Below are positions 38,747-52,480 of a stretch of DNA of 64,000 nt, in pieces. The notes beneath the pieces are model-generated. The model did not search any database, was not told the origin of the DNA, and saw only the letters and a list, made by a program, of their open reading frames with translations. The position numbers were made by a program, and so were the translations under genes. Source of the stretch: Anaeramoeba ignava BMAN (lineage: Eukaryota > Protista > Anaeramoebae); assembly GCA_028826165.1 (NCBI GenBank), contig JAPDFW010000059.1, forward strand, positions 1,736,927 to 1,800,926, given 5' to 3'. Each line of letters starts with the position of its first letter. The stretch's first letter is position 1.

Positions 38747-40201
38747 ATGCAAACTTATTTAAATTTAGAAAAACTTTCAAATGATTTAAAAAATTTATTT
38801 CAAAATCAAAATCAAAATGAGAATCAGAATGAAAGTTATTTTGATTTTGAAATAATTTGTGAACAAAATCAAATTTCATTTAAAACTCATAAATCAATTC
38901 TTTCATCAAGAAGTCAATATTTTAAATCTCTTTTTAAATCTAAAATGAAAGAATATCAAGAAAATAAATTAATTCTAAAAGATGTTTCAAGTTCAATTTT
39001 ATTCCCAATTTTAAATTATTTTTATTCAGGAAAAATTGAAATTAATTTAGAAAATGCAATCCAAATTTTAATTTTTTCATCAAAATATTTAATTGATGAA
39101 TTAATTGAAATTTCTTCAAGTTTTATCAAAAAGAATTTCCAAATTGAAACTATTGTTGATATTCTAAAATTATCTGAATCAATGAACCTAAATCAATTAT
39201 TAGATCCTTCTTATCAATTTATTTTTGAAAATTTTGAAGAATTTATTAAAACTTCATTTTTTTTTGAACTTGAAGAAAATCATTTAAATTCAATTTTATT
39301 AAATGATGAACTTTCAATAAATGAATTTGAACTTTTCCAATCAATAATCAAATGGGGAAAACATAAATTAAATATTAATCAAGAAAAAGAATTAGAAAAA
39401 GAAGAAAAAGAACAAATTCAAATTCAAATTTCAAATATTATTGATAAAATCAGATTTATTGATTTTACAAATAAAGAACTTAAAACTATTTTGAAAGAAG
39501 ATTTAATTCCAAATCAAATTTCAGAAAAATTAATTCAATTCCAAAAACTTGATGAAAATGATAAAAATGAAAAAGAATTAAAACAATTTATTGAAAAAGA
39601 AAATTCATTAATTTTCAAATCAAGATTAGGTTTACATTCTTCATCAATAATAGAAGAAAAAAAACATTTCAATAAATTAAAAGAATGGATAAATGATGAT
39701 GAATTCTTTTACAAAATGAAAAAAGGATATTCAGCTAAAAAAGATGGATTTGATTCTAAGAAATGGCATTCATCAGTTGATAACAAAGGAAAAACATTAG
39801 TTATTATCAAAACCAAAGATAATTATATTTTTGGAGGATTTACTCAAATTGGATTTATTTCCGATCAAGAATTTTGGGAATCAAAAGATTCAGGAGGAGG
39901 ATGGATTAAAGATATAAATGCATTTATTTTTTCATTAAGAAATGATAAGAATGATAGAAAACCTTCAAAATTTGAAATTAAACAAGGAGGAAGAAGTGCA
40001 CTTTTTTATCGTTTAAATTGTGGACCTAAATTTGCAGGAGATATTGATTTAAATTCTAATCTTCAAGCTGGTTATACAGAATTTGGATATATGTATCAAC
40101 TTCCAAAAGGAATGCAACCTTATAAAGATGAAGCTAGAAATTATTTAGCTGGTTCTTATAATAAATGGATTATTGAAGAAGTTGAGACTTATTTCATTTA
40201 A
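38747..40201 (+). CDS. BTB-BACK-TLDc protein, copy 2 (intact)
   Basis: BTB (HKSILSSRSQYF...LNYFYSG), BACK (LSINEFELFQSIIKWG), TLDc (YSAKKDGF...VDNKGKTLVIIKT...IFGGFT...AFIFSL...IEEVETY). Confidence 0.9.
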   Translation: MQTYLNLEKLSNDLKNLFQNQNQNENQNESYFDFEIICEQNQISFKTHKSILSSRSQYFKSLFKSKMKEYQENKLILKDVSSSILFPILNYFYSGKIEINLENAIQILIFSSKYLIDELIEISSSFIKKNFQIETIVDILKLSESMNLNQLLDPSYQFIFENFEEFIKTSFFFELEENHLNSILLNDELSINEFELFQSIIKWGKHKLNINQEKELEKEEKEQIQIQISNIIDKIRFIDFTNKELKTILKEDLIPNQISEKLIQFQKLDENDKNEKELKQFIEKENSLIFKSRLGLHSSSIIEEKKHFNKLKEWINDDEFFYKMKKGYSAKKDGFDSKKWHSSVDNKGKTLVIIKTKDNYIFGGFTQIGFISDQEFWESKDSGGGWIKDINAFIFSLRNDKNDRKPSKFEIKQGGRSALFYRLNCGPKFAGDIDLNSNLQAGYTEFGYMYQLPKGMQPYKDEARNYLAGSYNKWIIEEVETYFI

Positions 40202-40246
40202 AAATTTTTTTCTTTTTTTCATTTTTCATTTTTTTCTTTTCAAAAA

Positions 40247-42061
40247 ATGAATGAAATTATATTTTTTGGTCAAAATCAATCACCAATTCTTATCAAAAAT
40301 AAACCAAATTCAATAACAAAACCAATTCAATTTAAATTTGAAAATGAAAATGAAAATAAAAATAAAAAACAAATTAAACAAATTTCAACAAGTTTATCTG
40401 GAACAATTTTCCTTTTTAAAAATGGAAAAGCAATAGAATATTTAAATGAAGAAGATTCAAATCAAAATCCTCAAAAAATCCAAATTGAAGAAAATATTCA
40501 AAAAGTAACTGTTGGTTATCGAAATCAAGCTATTTTAACAATAGAAGGAAATGTATTTGCCAAAGGAAATAATATTAATCCAAAAAATCCAAATGAATTT
40601 ATCAATATTTCATCATTAATTAAAGATAAAAATGATAGAATAATTGAAGATGTTGTTTGTGGTGCTCAATCAATTTACTTATTAACTTCAAATCAAACTG
40701 TTTATGGAATTGGCGATAATTATAATAATCAACTTGGTTTTGATTCTAAAACACTTAAAAAAACAGAAAAACCAATTTTAATGATGAAAAATGTTTCTAA
40801 AATATTTTCAGGAAATTTGTCTTATCATGTTTTTCTTTTAAATTTAAATCAAGAATTATTTGGATGTGGTTGGAATAATCACAGGCAACTTGGATTAGGA
40901 GAATCAAGAAAAGAAGCAAAAATCCAAAAATTAACCAAAATCCAAAATATTCCAAAAGGTAAAATAATTGATATTCAATGTGGAAACTCTCATTCAATAA
41001 TGTTGATTGAAAATGAAAATGAAAATGAAAATCCAAAAAGAAAACTTTATTCATGTGGAAATTGCCAATGGAATGGACTTGGCAAACAAGATCAAGATTG
41101 CTATCAATTTACTGAAATCAAATCACCTTTATTTGAAAATGATAATATTCTTGAAATTTCTGTTGGATATGAACATACTTTGATTTTAACATCCAAAGGG
41201 AAACTAATAGTATTTGGAAATAATTCTTCTGGTCAATTAGGAACTGGAGATGGAAATGATTATTTAATTCCAATTCAAATTGAACTTCCTAAATTAAGAT
41301 TTAATGAAAATATTTCTAATTATCATATTTGTTGTGGAGATGAAAATTCATTTCTTTATTATTCTCCTTTTCTTTCTCCTTTTTCCAATCTTGAAGAAGA
41401 TTTGATAAAATTATTTAGAAGAAAAGAATTTTGTGATATTTCATTTAAAACCGAAAATGGAGAAATAATTGAAGCTCATAAATTAATATTGAAATATAGA
41501 TTAAATCAAAATCAAAATCAAATTGAAAAACTTCAAGAAATTATTTCAAAAAAATCAATTAAAGAATCAAATCAAATATTTGAAATGATTTATTCAAATA
41601 ATTCCAAAATAAATCCAAAATTATATTCTGAAATTAAAGAAATTATAAATTCAAATGAAAAAATTGAAGAAACAATGAAAAGAATTTATTTAAATGAAAA
41701 TGAAAATGAAAATGAAAAAGATTTTATTATTGAAAGAAATGAAAAACAATATAAATTCCCTAAATTGATATTAATAATGAGAAGTGAATTATATCGAGGA
41801 ATGTTTTTATCTGTAACTGAAGATAAATCAAATAAAGTTACAGATTATAGTGAATTAAGTGAAGAATCATTCCAAATATTTGAATATTGGATTTATTCAA
41901 ATCAAATTAAAGATGAAATTGAAATTACACAAGAAATTATTAATGAAATTAAAATTGGAATTGATTATTTTCAATTAAATCAAACAAATCCAAATTTATT
42001 TGATTTATTAATTAAGAAATTTAATAATCAAAATCAAAAACAAAAATGTTTAATTTTTTGA
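40247..42061 (+). CDS. RCC1-repeat beta-propeller plus tandem BTB-like protein, copy 1
   Basis: RCC1 blades (GIGDNYNNQLG, CGNSHS, VGYEHTLIL, FGNNSSGQLGTG). C-terminal FCDISF...AHKLIL and KLILIMRSELYRGMF BTB-like segments. Confidence 0.88.
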   Translation: MNEIIFFGQNQSPILIKNKPNSITKPIQFKFENENENKNKKQIKQISTSLSGTIFLFKNGKAIEYLNEEDSNQNPQKIQIEENIQKVTVGYRNQAILTIEGNVFAKGNNINPKNPNEFINISSLIKDKNDRIIEDVVCGAQSIYLLTSNQTVYGIGDNYNNQLGFDSKTLKKTEKPILMMKNVSKIFSGNLSYHVFLLNLNQELFGCGWNNHRQLGLGESRKEAKIQKLTKIQNIPKGKIIDIQCGNSHSIMLIENENENENPKRKLYSCGNCQWNGLGKQDQDCYQFTEIKSPLFENDNILEISVGYEHTLILTSKGKLIVFGNNSSGQLGTGDGNDYLIPIQIELPKLRFNENISNYHICCGDENSFLYYSPFLSPFSNLEEDLIKLFRRKEFCDISFKTENGEIIEAHKLILKYRLNQNQNQIEKLQEIISKKSIKESNQIFEMIYSNNSKINPKLYSEIKEIINSNEKIEETMKRIYLNENENENEKDFIIERNEKQYKFPKLILIMRSELYRGMFLSVTEDKSNKVTDYSELSEESFQIFEYWIYSNQIKDEIEITQEIINEIKIGIDYFQLNQTNPNLFDLLIKKFNNQNQKQKCLIF

Positions 42062-42152
42062 AAAGAAATCAAAATTTAAATTAAAATTAAAATTAAAATT
42101 AAAATTAAAAATTAAAATCATTTTTTCATTTTTCATTTTTTTCTTTTTAAAA

Positions 42153-43947
42153 ATGAATGAAATTATATTTTTTGGTCAAAATCAATCACCAATTCTTATC
42201 AAAAATAAACCAAATTCAATAAGAAAACCAATTCAATTTAAATTTGAAAATGAAAATGAAAATAAAAATAAAAAACAAATTAAACAAATTTCAACAAGTT
42301 TATCTGGAACAATTTTCCTTTTTAAAAATGGAAAAGCAATAGAATATTTAAATGAAGAAGATTCAAATCAAAATCCTCAAAAAATCCAAATTGAAGAAAA
42401 TATTCAAAAAGTAACTGTTGGTTATCGAAATCAAGCTATTTTAACAATAGAAGGAAATGTATTTGCCAAAGGAAATAATATTAATTCAAAAAATCCAAAT
42501 GAATTTATCAATATTTCATCATTAATTGAAGATAAAAATGATAGAATAATTCAAGATGTTATTTGTGGTGTTGCTTCAATTTACTTATTAACTTCAAATC
42601 AAAATGTTTATGGAATTGGTTTAAATCCATCGGGTCAACTTGGCTTCGATTCTGAAACACTTGAAAAAACAGAAAAACCAATTTTAATGATGAAAAATGT
42701 TTCTAAAATATTTTCAGGAAATGCTTCTGAATGCGTCTTTCTTTTAAATTCAAATCAAGAATTATTTGGATGCGGATATAATCGATTTGGTCAAGTTGGA
42801 TTAGGAGAATCAACAAAAGAAGAAACAGAAATCCAAAAATTAACCAAAATCCAAAATATTCCAAAAGGCAAAATAATTGATATTCAAAGTGGAGGATATC
42901 ATTCAATAATGTTGATTGAAAATGAAAATGAAAATGAAAATCCAAAAAGAAAACTTTATTCATGTGGTTATTCGAATTACAATGGACTTGGAAAAGAAGA
43001 TGAAGATACTTATGAATTTACTGAAATCAAATCATCTTTATTTGAAAATGATGATTATATTATTGATTTTTCTATGGGATTTCATCATACTTTGATTTTA
43101 ACTTCAAAAGGGAAACTAATAGTATTTGGATATAATTCTTATGGTCAATTAGGAACTGGAGATACAGAACCACAATCAATTCCAATTCAAAGTTGAACTT
43201 CCTAAATTAAGATTTAATGAAGATATTTCCAATTATCATATTTATTGTGGTGCATTCAAATCATTTCTTTATTATTCTCCTCCTTCTTTTTCTAATCTTG
43301 AAGAAGATTTGATAAAACTATTTAGAAGAAAAGAATTTTGTAATATTTCATTTAAAACCAAAAATGGAGAAATAATTAAAGCTCATAAATTAATATTGAA
43401 ATATAGATTAAATCAAAATGAAAATCAAATTGAAAAACTTAAAGAAATTATTTCAAAAAAATCAATTAAAGAATCAAATCAAATATTTGAAATGATTTAT
43501 TCAAATAGAATAATAAATCCAATATTATATTCTGAAATTAAAGAAATTATAAATTCAAATGAAAAAATTGAAGAAACAATTAAAAGAATTTATTTAAATG
43601 AAAATGAAAATGAAAATGAAAAAGATTTTATAATTGAAAGAAAAGAAAAACAATATAAATTTCCAAAATTAATATTAATAATGAGAAGTGAATTATATCG
43701 AGGAATGTTTTTATCTGTAACTGAAGATAAATCTAATAAAGTTACAGATTATAGTGAATTAAGTAATAAATCATTTCAAATATTTGAATATTGGATTTAT
43801 TCAAATCAAATTAAAGATGAAATTAAAATTACACAAGAAATTATTAATGAAATTAAAATTGGAATTGATTATTTTCAATTAAATCAAACAAATCCAAATT
43901 TATTAGATTTATTAATTAACAAATTTAATAATCAAAATCAAAATTAA
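42153..43947 (+). CDS. RCC1-BTB protein, copy 2 (one frame break near 43191)
   Basis: ORFs 42153-43196 and 43309-43947 are collinear with copy 1. Confidence 0.8.
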
Positions 43948-44203
43948 AACAAAATTAAAATTAAATTTAAAATTAAAATTAAAAATCAAAATAAAAATTA
44001 AAATTAAAATTAAAATTAAAATTAAAATCAAAATTAAAATTAAAATTAAAATTAAAATCAAAATTAAAATCAAAATTAAAATTAAAATTAAAATTAAAAT
44101 TAAAATTAAAATCAAAATCAAAATTAAAAATCAAAATTCAAAATTAAAATTAAAATTAAAATTAAAATCATTTTTTCATTTTTCATTTTTTTCTTTTCAA
44201 AAA

Positions 44204-46023
44204 ATGAATGAAATTATATTTTTTGGTCAAAATCAATCACCAATTCTTATCAAAAATAAACCAAATAAAATAACAAAACCAATTCAATTTAAATTTGAAA
44301 ATGAAAATGAAAATGAAAAACAAATTAAACAAATTTCATCAGGAAGATTCTCAACAATTTTCCTTTTTAAAAATGGAAAAGCAATAGAATATTCAAGATA
44401 TACAAATCAAAATCCTTCAAAAATCCAAATTGAAGAAAATATTCAAAAAGTAACTGTTGGTTATCGAAACGAAGCTATTTTAACAATAGAAGGAAATGTA
44501 TTTGCAAAAGGAAGAGATATTAATTCAAAAAATCCAAAAGAATTTATCAATATTTCATCATTAATTAAAGATAAAAATGATAGAATAATTGAAGATATTG
44601 TTTGTGGTGCTCAATCAATTTACTTATTAACTTCAAATCAAAATGCTTATGGAATTGGTTCAAATCATAATGGTCAACTTGGTTTTGATTCTAAAACAAT
44701 TCCAAAAACACAAAAACCAATTTTAATGATGAAAAATGTTTCTAAAATATTTTCAGGAAATACTTCACAACGTGTTTTTCTTTTAAATTCAAATCAAGAA
44801 TTATTTGTATGTGGTTGGAATAATCATGGTCAAGTTGGATTAGGAGAATCAAGAAAAGAAAAAAAAATCCAAAAATTAACCAAAATCAAAAATATTCCAA
44901 AAGGTAAAATAATTGATATTCAATGTGGATATATTTATTCAATAATATTGATTGAAATTGAAAATGAAAATGAAAATCCAAAAAGAAAACTTTATTCATG
45001 TGGAAGATATCTTTTTAATGGACTTGGCAAATATACTTATGAATTTACTGAAATCAAATCATCTTTATTTGAAAATGATAATATTCTTGAAATTTCTGTT
45101 GGATGTTATCATACTTTGATTTTAACTTCCAATTCGAAATTAATAGGATTTGGTGATAATTTTTTTTGTCAATTAGGAACTGGAGATACAGAACCACAAC
45201 CAATTCCAATTCAAATTGAACTTCCTGAATTAAGATTTAATGAAAATATTTCCAATTATCATATTTCTTGTGGAGAATATAATTCATTTCTTTATTATTC
45301 TCCTTTTCTTTCTTTCTCCTTTTTCCAATCTTGAAGAAGATTTGATAAAACTATTTAGAAGAAAAGAATTTTGTGATATTTCATTTAAAACAGAAAATGG
45401 AGAAATAATTGAAGCTCATAAATTAATATTGAAATATAGATTAAATCAAAATCAAAATGAAAATTGAAAAACTTCAAGAAATTATCTCAAAAAAATCAAT
45501 TAAAGAATCAAATCAAATATTTGAAATTATTTATTCAAATAATTCCAAAATAAATCCAATATTATATTCTGAAATTAAAGAAATTATAAATTCAAATGAA
45601 AAAATTGAAGAAACAATGAAAAGAATTTATTTAAATGAAAATGAAAATGAAAAAGATTTTATAATTGAAAGAAAAGAAAAACAATATAAATTTCCAAAAT
45701 TAATATTAATAATGAGAAGTGAATTATATCGAGGAATGTTTTTATCTGTAACAGAAGATAAATCAAATAAAGTTACAGATTATAGTGAATTAAGTAATAA
45801 ATCATTTCAAATATTTGAATATTGGATTTATTCAAATCAAATTAAAAATGAAATTAAAATTACACAAGAAATTATTAATGAAATTAAAATTGGAATTGAT
45901 TATTTTCAATTAAATCAAACAAATCCAAATTTATTTGATTTATTAATTAACAAATTTAATAATCAAAATCAAGGAAAAAAGAAAAGAAAACCTTTTTTAG
46001 AAAAAGAAATATTCAGAAAATAA
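44204..46023 (+). CDS. RCC1-BTB protein, copy 3 (frame breaks near 45315 and 45460)
   Basis: ORFs 44204-45334, 45240-45467 and 45457-46023 are collinear with copy 1. Confidence 0.78.
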
Positions 46024-46049
46024 AATTAAAATTAAAAAATTAAAATTAA

Positions 46050-46096
46050 TTTTTTCATTTTTTCATTTTTCATTTTTCATTTTTCATTTATTTTTG
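46050..46096 (+). promoter_or_regulatory. Example of the recurrent (TTTTTCA)n Inr-like motif immediately 5' of start codons
   Basis: The same TTTTCATTTT motif precedes ATGs at 16496, 38747, 40247, 42153, 44204, 46097, 52636 and 57470, and on the minus strand at 13350 and 16413. Confidence 0.5.
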
Positions 46097-49000
46097 ATGT
46101 CAGTTTCAAAACATTCCAGTTTACGTTATTCAACAAGACCAATTGCTAATAAAACAAAAGATCTTCAATTACATACACAAAAAAAAGTAAAAAAAAAAAC
46201 CAAATTTTCAAAAAAAAAGAAATTTTTTGAATTAATAATTTGAAAAATAAAAATAAATGTAATAAAGATTTTTTCTCTTTGGGTTAGAAAATATTTATCA
46301 AAACATACAGCATTTAGAAGTATTAGAAGAAATTGTGAAGATGGTATTGCTCTTATAGAATTAGTACAAAATTTAAGTGGAAAAAAGTTAGTTAATTTTA
46401 AAATTGAAAAAAAAATTTTTAAATCTAAAAATAAAAAAAAAATTAAATTAAAAATAAATTAAAATTATAATTAGTATTCCAACTTATCATCAAAAAACAA
46501 AAACAAAAATGCAAAAAATCGATAATTTAAATTATTTCATCCAATTTGCTTTGGATTTAACAATTCCACTTGAAATTTCTCCACAAGATATAATTGACCA
46601 AAATCTTCAAAAAATATCACAAATGATTTGGACAATTGCAATATTTTTTCGTTTAAAAAAAATTCCAGCAAATATTTTTGATCCTCGAGAAATTTTATTA
46701 CTTTGGTGTCAAATATCGGGAGAAAAATATTCAATTCAAATTAATAATTTTAGTTCCAGGTATTTTTTTATTTATTTTGCTTTCAAATTTTATTTATTTT
46801 GCTTTCAAATTTTATTTATTTTGCTTTCAAATTTTTGGAAATTTTTTTGCTTTCAAATTTTTTTTTAGTTTTATGGATGGAATAGCTTTTTGTGCAATTA
46901 TAGATTTCCATAAACCTGGATTCATTTTTCCTTCAGTTTTTACAAAAGTATCATTTCCAAAAAAAAAATTATAAAATAAATTTTAAATTAAATTTTAATT
47001 AAATTTTAAAAATAGCAATTGAGAAATAAAAAAAGACTTAAAATTGCTTTTGATAAAGCAACTGAATTAGGTGTTCCTCAAATTCTTGATCCTTCTGATT
47101 TTACAGAAACACGCATATCTGAGAGAGGAGTAATGCTTTATATTGCTGAAATGTATTATCTTTTAGCAACACAAAAAGATGTAAAAATGATAAAAAAAAA
47201 ATTTTTTTGATTCGGGAAAAAAATTCTCAATTTTTTTAAAATTAAAAAAACTTTTTTTTTAATATTGAAAAAGATTGATGAAATGACAAGAAGAATCACA
47301 AAACCTGAAGAAAACAGTATAGAAAACCAACCAGTAGAGCCACTTAGTCCAATTGAACCGCCAAAAATTGTGAAACCAACAGAAATGAATTTTAATCAAG
47401 GTAAAATGAAACCGAAACCGCCAGTTAGAGATGGATTTCAACAGAGATCACGACGGTCAGGAAAATTCTCACGAAAGTTCCAGCAAATTTATCAGCAAAT
47501 ACAAAAGCAATATGAGGATAAAATTATCCAAATTTTCAATGTTTTAAAAACAACAACGAATGAAATGGAAAATGTTAAGGAGAAAATCGAAGAGATTAAA
47601 TCAGGAAAGATTTTGGGAAATGAAATGAGTTTGTCAACACTTGATCCTGAAGAAACCAAGAAAAAGATGGTTGAATATGAAGCAGAAAACCGAAATTTCA
47701 AAAAAAATATTCAGGAAAGCGAGAATAAAATTACGAGCCAACAAGAACAGTTCCGAACTGAGCACGCAAAAGTGATTGAAGAAACAAATCAAATCTCCCA
47801 CCAAATTGAGGAAGAACAAAATAGTCGCGAATCACGACTTGAAGATATTGAAAAACAAAGCAAGGAAAACCTTAAAAAAACGAAGGAAGAAAATAAAAGA
47901 TTGCGAGAAAAAAACGAAATCCTTCATTTGCAACTGGAAAACAAAAGACAGGAAGAGCAACTGCGCAAGCAAACAGATCCTGAGATTTCTCAACTGCAAA
48001 AACAGATTGAAGCCAATGAGCAAAACAACGCTCAAATCAAAATGAAGCTGCAGAAGCTCGAAACAGTTACAAATGAAATGGAAGAAGAAATCAAAGAAAC
48101 AAAAATTAACATCCAGAAAAATCAGCAAGTTATTAGAAAGGCGCAGCAGGAGATCGAACAGCTGAACCAAAACATCCGCAAAGAAAAAGAAACAAACACG
48201 ACGAATTTGCGGAAGAAACAGGAGCAGATCCAAGATTTAAGGAAACGTGTTGAGCAAATGAAGAGCAAATCGGAAAACGCAAAATTAACGCTAAGAAAAA
48301 TGTTGAAAACAAAGCAACCGAAATTAGGCATGGAGCTTGATAAAATAGAAGCGCAAATTGAGGAGGGGAAGAAAAAAGAAAAACAACTTGCAGAAGTGTT
48401 TCGACAAGAAGAGTATTTCTCGAATGTTTTGGAGGAAAGAAACAAAAGACTGCATAATTTAACTCAAAAAAAAAACGAGTTCCAGACGCATTTGCAGTTG
48501 GGGAACAAACTGCAAGCGGAGCAAATTCAGCTCATCCAAAAAGAGACAAACGAATTGCAACAGATGATCAAGGATTCAGCACATTCCTACGCGGTTAAAA
48601 TGCGGCAACTTCGCGAGGAATTGCAGAATATTTCAAAACAAAATATTGAGAAAGATGAGCGAATTTTGTCAATTCAAGAAACACTGCAAGATATGCAAAG
48701 CAAATACGATGCGCAAGAAAAACTTTTTGGATCGCTTGTCGAAAAAAAGAACCAAGAATTACTTGATCTTCAGGAAAAATTCGTTGGCGTTCAAAAAACA
48801 AATCGCCAACTTACTAGCCAATTGGAGGAAATTGTGATGGAATATAATCTCGAATTGGAAGGATTGAAAGAGCGTGTTGATGATATCAAAACCGTTCAAG
48901 AAGAAAAACACAAAAAGAAAAAAAGCAAAACGGAACAAAAATTTATTGATTTTGTGGATCTTGTTTTGATCAAGCTTGATTTCGAAAAACAAAATTCGCA

Positions 49001-49571
49001 ACAAAAACAAATGAATAACGATTATCAAAGACTTCATGAGATCCTTATGTCCAAGTCTGAAATCATTGGGTCGCAGAGGAAGATTCTTACGAATTTGCAA
49101 GAAAAACGCGACGCAAAGAATTCTGAATTGAAAGAATTGGAGAATAAATATGCAAGTTTGAAAGCGCAGTTCAACAACATGGTTTCTGAAGACTCGTTGT
49201 TTTCGGAAAAGAACAAAGAAAAACTTGAAAAAAAGATCAAAATTGCAAACAATGAGAAGAGTATTGTTCGTTTTGAACGCGATTTGCTTGATTTGCAATC
49301 CCGTCAAACGCGATATCAAGAAAAACTTATTCAAGTAGAATCTTCTCTTTCTTCTTTTAAATTATTATCTACTATTTTATCTTCTATTTCTGATACTCAT
49401 GGAAAAATTAATAAGATTCTTCAACAAAATCAAAGGCTTAATGATGAACAGAAATCAATGGGTGTTACTTTTTCAAATGTGAATGAAATTTCAGATTCTA
49501 TTCAATTTAATGAGAAGAAAATTCTTCGTTTTATATTTACTATTCAACAAATTGATTCAATGTTATTTTGA
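46097..49571 (+). CDS. Tandem calponin-homology (actin-binding) protein with a long coiled-coil tail; about 6 exons
   Basis: Exons give QKK|IFSLWV...EDGIALIELVQNLSGKK|...KMQKIDNLN...DIIDQNLQKISQMIWTI (CH1) and LLLWCQ...INNFSS|FMDGIAFCAII...AFDKATELGVPQILDPSD...VMLYIAEMY (CH2). ORF 47265-49571 is coiled-coil. Confidence 0.82.
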
Positions 49572-49755
49572 TGTGTTTTGAAGGAAAAAAATGATGAAAA
49601 TAAAAAACAAAAACAAAAACAAAAACAATAATTTAATTTTATTTTATTTAATTTTATTATTTATTATTTATTATTTGCAAAAGTGAGAGAACAAACAAAT
49701 TCATTTTAATTTCATTTTAATTTCATTTTAATTTCATTTTAAATTGATTTTGAAT

Positions 49756-52480
49756 TTAATTATCACTGCTAACATAAGTATTCCATAACCCTCCACAATC
49801 ACAAAACTTAATATCTTCACTATTCAAATCAGATAACCTTCCACAATGAACACATTGCTTCAACGGACTAGAAGAAAAATAGGAAGAAGAAAAAGAAAGA
49901 AAAGAAGAAAGAGAAGAAACAATAGAATCTTCTTCAGAATCAGATTCATGACGATCTTGTTGAATTTGATTCTGTTTGCGCTTTAAATAACCAAAATTAT
50001 TAAGAACAGAATGATTAAAACCAAGGAGAGAAGAAAGAGAAGCAAGCATAGTGGAAGTAATATTGGAAAGAACAGAACTCAAAGGAAGATCGGAACTAAT
50101 AAGCATTTGAGCAGTATCGCCAACAGTTTGTGTTTCTTTTGAGGAAATAAAATGGAAAAAATCGGCATATAATGACTTGAATCGAGAGGAAAATTTATCC
50201 TCAAATCCTTTGATGGATTGGTGGCTTTGCAACAGAATTGTGTAAAAATCTTGGTTGAATAAAATGTCGAAAAGTTGGTTCAAATAAGGGAAAAAATCCC
50301 AACGAAAACCCAAATTATCACAAAGAAAATCACTAACGGAAATTAGGGAAAATTTTTTTGAAGAATCACTCTGAAAATGGGAAACGTCAAGAGGTTGTTT
50401 GAGATCGTTGAGGCCAAATGGATCGTACGGGACAAGAATGGCGCGCATGATGAAAAGGATGATATCGGAGGTTGCGCGCATGATGGGGCCGAATAGCCTT
50501 GTGTTTTTCTTGCTCACGAGTATTTCCAATGAAAATTGGATTGCGAAAAAGATGATAAATGAAATGTATATTCGAGGGTTGTCAAAAACACTGAAGAAAG
50601 GCTGCAGAAAGAGAAGATAAAGTTGTGACGGGATGCCTTTCTTGCGGATGATTTCTTGCTCCAAATTGAGAATTATACTATCCACTTGCACCTTGTCTTC
50701 CAATTGCAAGCGAGCAACAATATCGAACACACTGTATCTGTTGATTAGCGCCTTAACGATGTCGATTTTGAGCTGCTTCATCAACATTTCCGTTTCATTC
50801 TCTTTTGTCTGCGTTTGCTGATGCTCTTGAATGGAAAAAACAGGGCGATTGGGAACAAGAAAAACGCGCAGTTTGTGATTTTCTAGAAGGACTGCAATTG
50901 CGTGAGAATTCGGCGAAAAACACGCGCTAATTGGCGCAGCAGGCGTCTCGCCCTTCTCAAGCTCATCTGCGGGCGTTGTTTCAAAGCTCGCGATTTGAGT
51001 GAATTTGATTGCGTCAAGCAGAAATAATTTGCCGGATTTTGCTGTCAACGCAATCATTCTTCCTTTCTTCGAAAAATGCAGTGTTGAAATTTCCTCTTTG
51101 AAATGCATCTGGAACTTCTTTTCGCATGCAAAGCCTTGTTTGAAAAGGCGCTGATTCGCGCGCATCTCCTGGCCCTGTCCCGAGGTCGTCCCAGAAGGGA
51201 TCTGCGGTTGTGTCTGTTGCGCTTGAGTGTGCGGATTTTTTTTAGTTGGATCTTCGTTCGGGTTGCTGTTCTGTTCCTGCTTATCCTGCAGCCGCATCTC
51301 GCGCATATTTTGTTTGTACCGATTCAGATGCATCACAAACACGAGAAGGATGCTGCGGTATCCCTGTGGGTCGCTGTCATCATTACTGTGCTGCAAATCA
51401 TCGTCTTTGTCCATCGATTGCGAATTTGCAAGCGTTAGAACAACAACAATTTTGATCGTCTTCTCGTAATTTTCTGGGCTGATTCGCACAAGTTTGATGG
51501 CGAATTCCGATGGGAAATACTTCCTTCCTGTCTGCTTGAAAATTTCAAATTCGGGACTAAGAATATCCACAGTGTCGATCAATTGGGATTTTAAATTGAT
51601 TTTTGCCTGGTCAAGTTCAGTTGGATTTTTCGGTTGTTCAAAACTGACATGAGTAAATGTTCAGATTTGTAGGAGAAACTTCCTCAACGGTCGCGATAAT
51701 TACAACTTGAGTTCCAAGTGCAACAATCACATCCGAAATCATGACCGCGTTTGTGATGTATGAGAAATCGTTGTGGATATCCGCAAAAAAGGGACAGTAA
51801 GTGGCGACGCCTTTCATTTCAAAATAGATTGTGATGCGACCCATCTTGCTCAGGGTCAGAAAGGCGGGATAAAAAAAATGCGTTTGCGGTCCAGTTTTCG
51901 TGTTTTCCTTCGTGTTTTCTCGCGCGTTCGCATTCTCCCCTTTCGGGAGATAAAACCAAGCAACGGAAACAATGTTATGGACCTTGAACTTGTGGGTTAT
52001 CTTGAAACGGTCGATCAAACTCGACGGCGTTTGCCATAAACACAAGCCAAAAGAGGCGTCACATGTCAAAAATCTCGGAACGGAATTTTCTTGGAAAACA
52101 ACAAACTCAATTGGGCCTTTATGAGGCGTTACAAACGGTTGATGTTTCCACGGATGATTGGCTTCAAAGATGTAAACGGGATACTCTAAAAAAGGTGTCG
52201 TTTTTGCTGATAATCCGGACTTCGTTGAAAATCCTATTATGTTTGTTTCAGACCAAAATAACGTTCTTTGTTGTTTTTGTGCTTGTTTTACTTCCCATAT
52301 TATGTTGTTTTCCTCAATTTTCCGAAATGCATTTTTCACCATTTTTAATTTTTGTCCAATTGTTTGTTCCCGTTTTTTTCGTGAGTATTTTTCTTCTTGT
52401 CGTTTTTCTTGATCTAATGATTGCGGTTTCATTGAATAAAGTTGAATTGGTTTTGAATTAGGGAAATTTTCTTTTTGCAT
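49756..52480 (-). CDS. MED16: Mediator subunit Med16 (Sin4)-like; single extra-base frame break near 51641
   Basis: N-terminal LFWSETNIIGF...YIFEANHPW...H...FLTCDASFGLCLW and C-terminal LKQCVHCG...CDCGGLW match the Med16 termini. Removing one T from TTTT joins the two ORFs (CQFEQPKNPTELDQ...). Confidence 0.75.

Noticed and set aside
3317-51582. Inteins in the large ORFs (searched for because of the suspected taxon)
   Set aside because: No Hint-domain N-terminal C-x-x-x-G-T block, LAGLIDADG motif or C-terminal HN-[C/S/T] in context recognised by eye.
51583-51645. Possible TGA read-through or selenocysteine in Med16
   Set aside because: The two ORFs are 55 nt apart and so out of frame; one extra T in a homopolymer explains the break.
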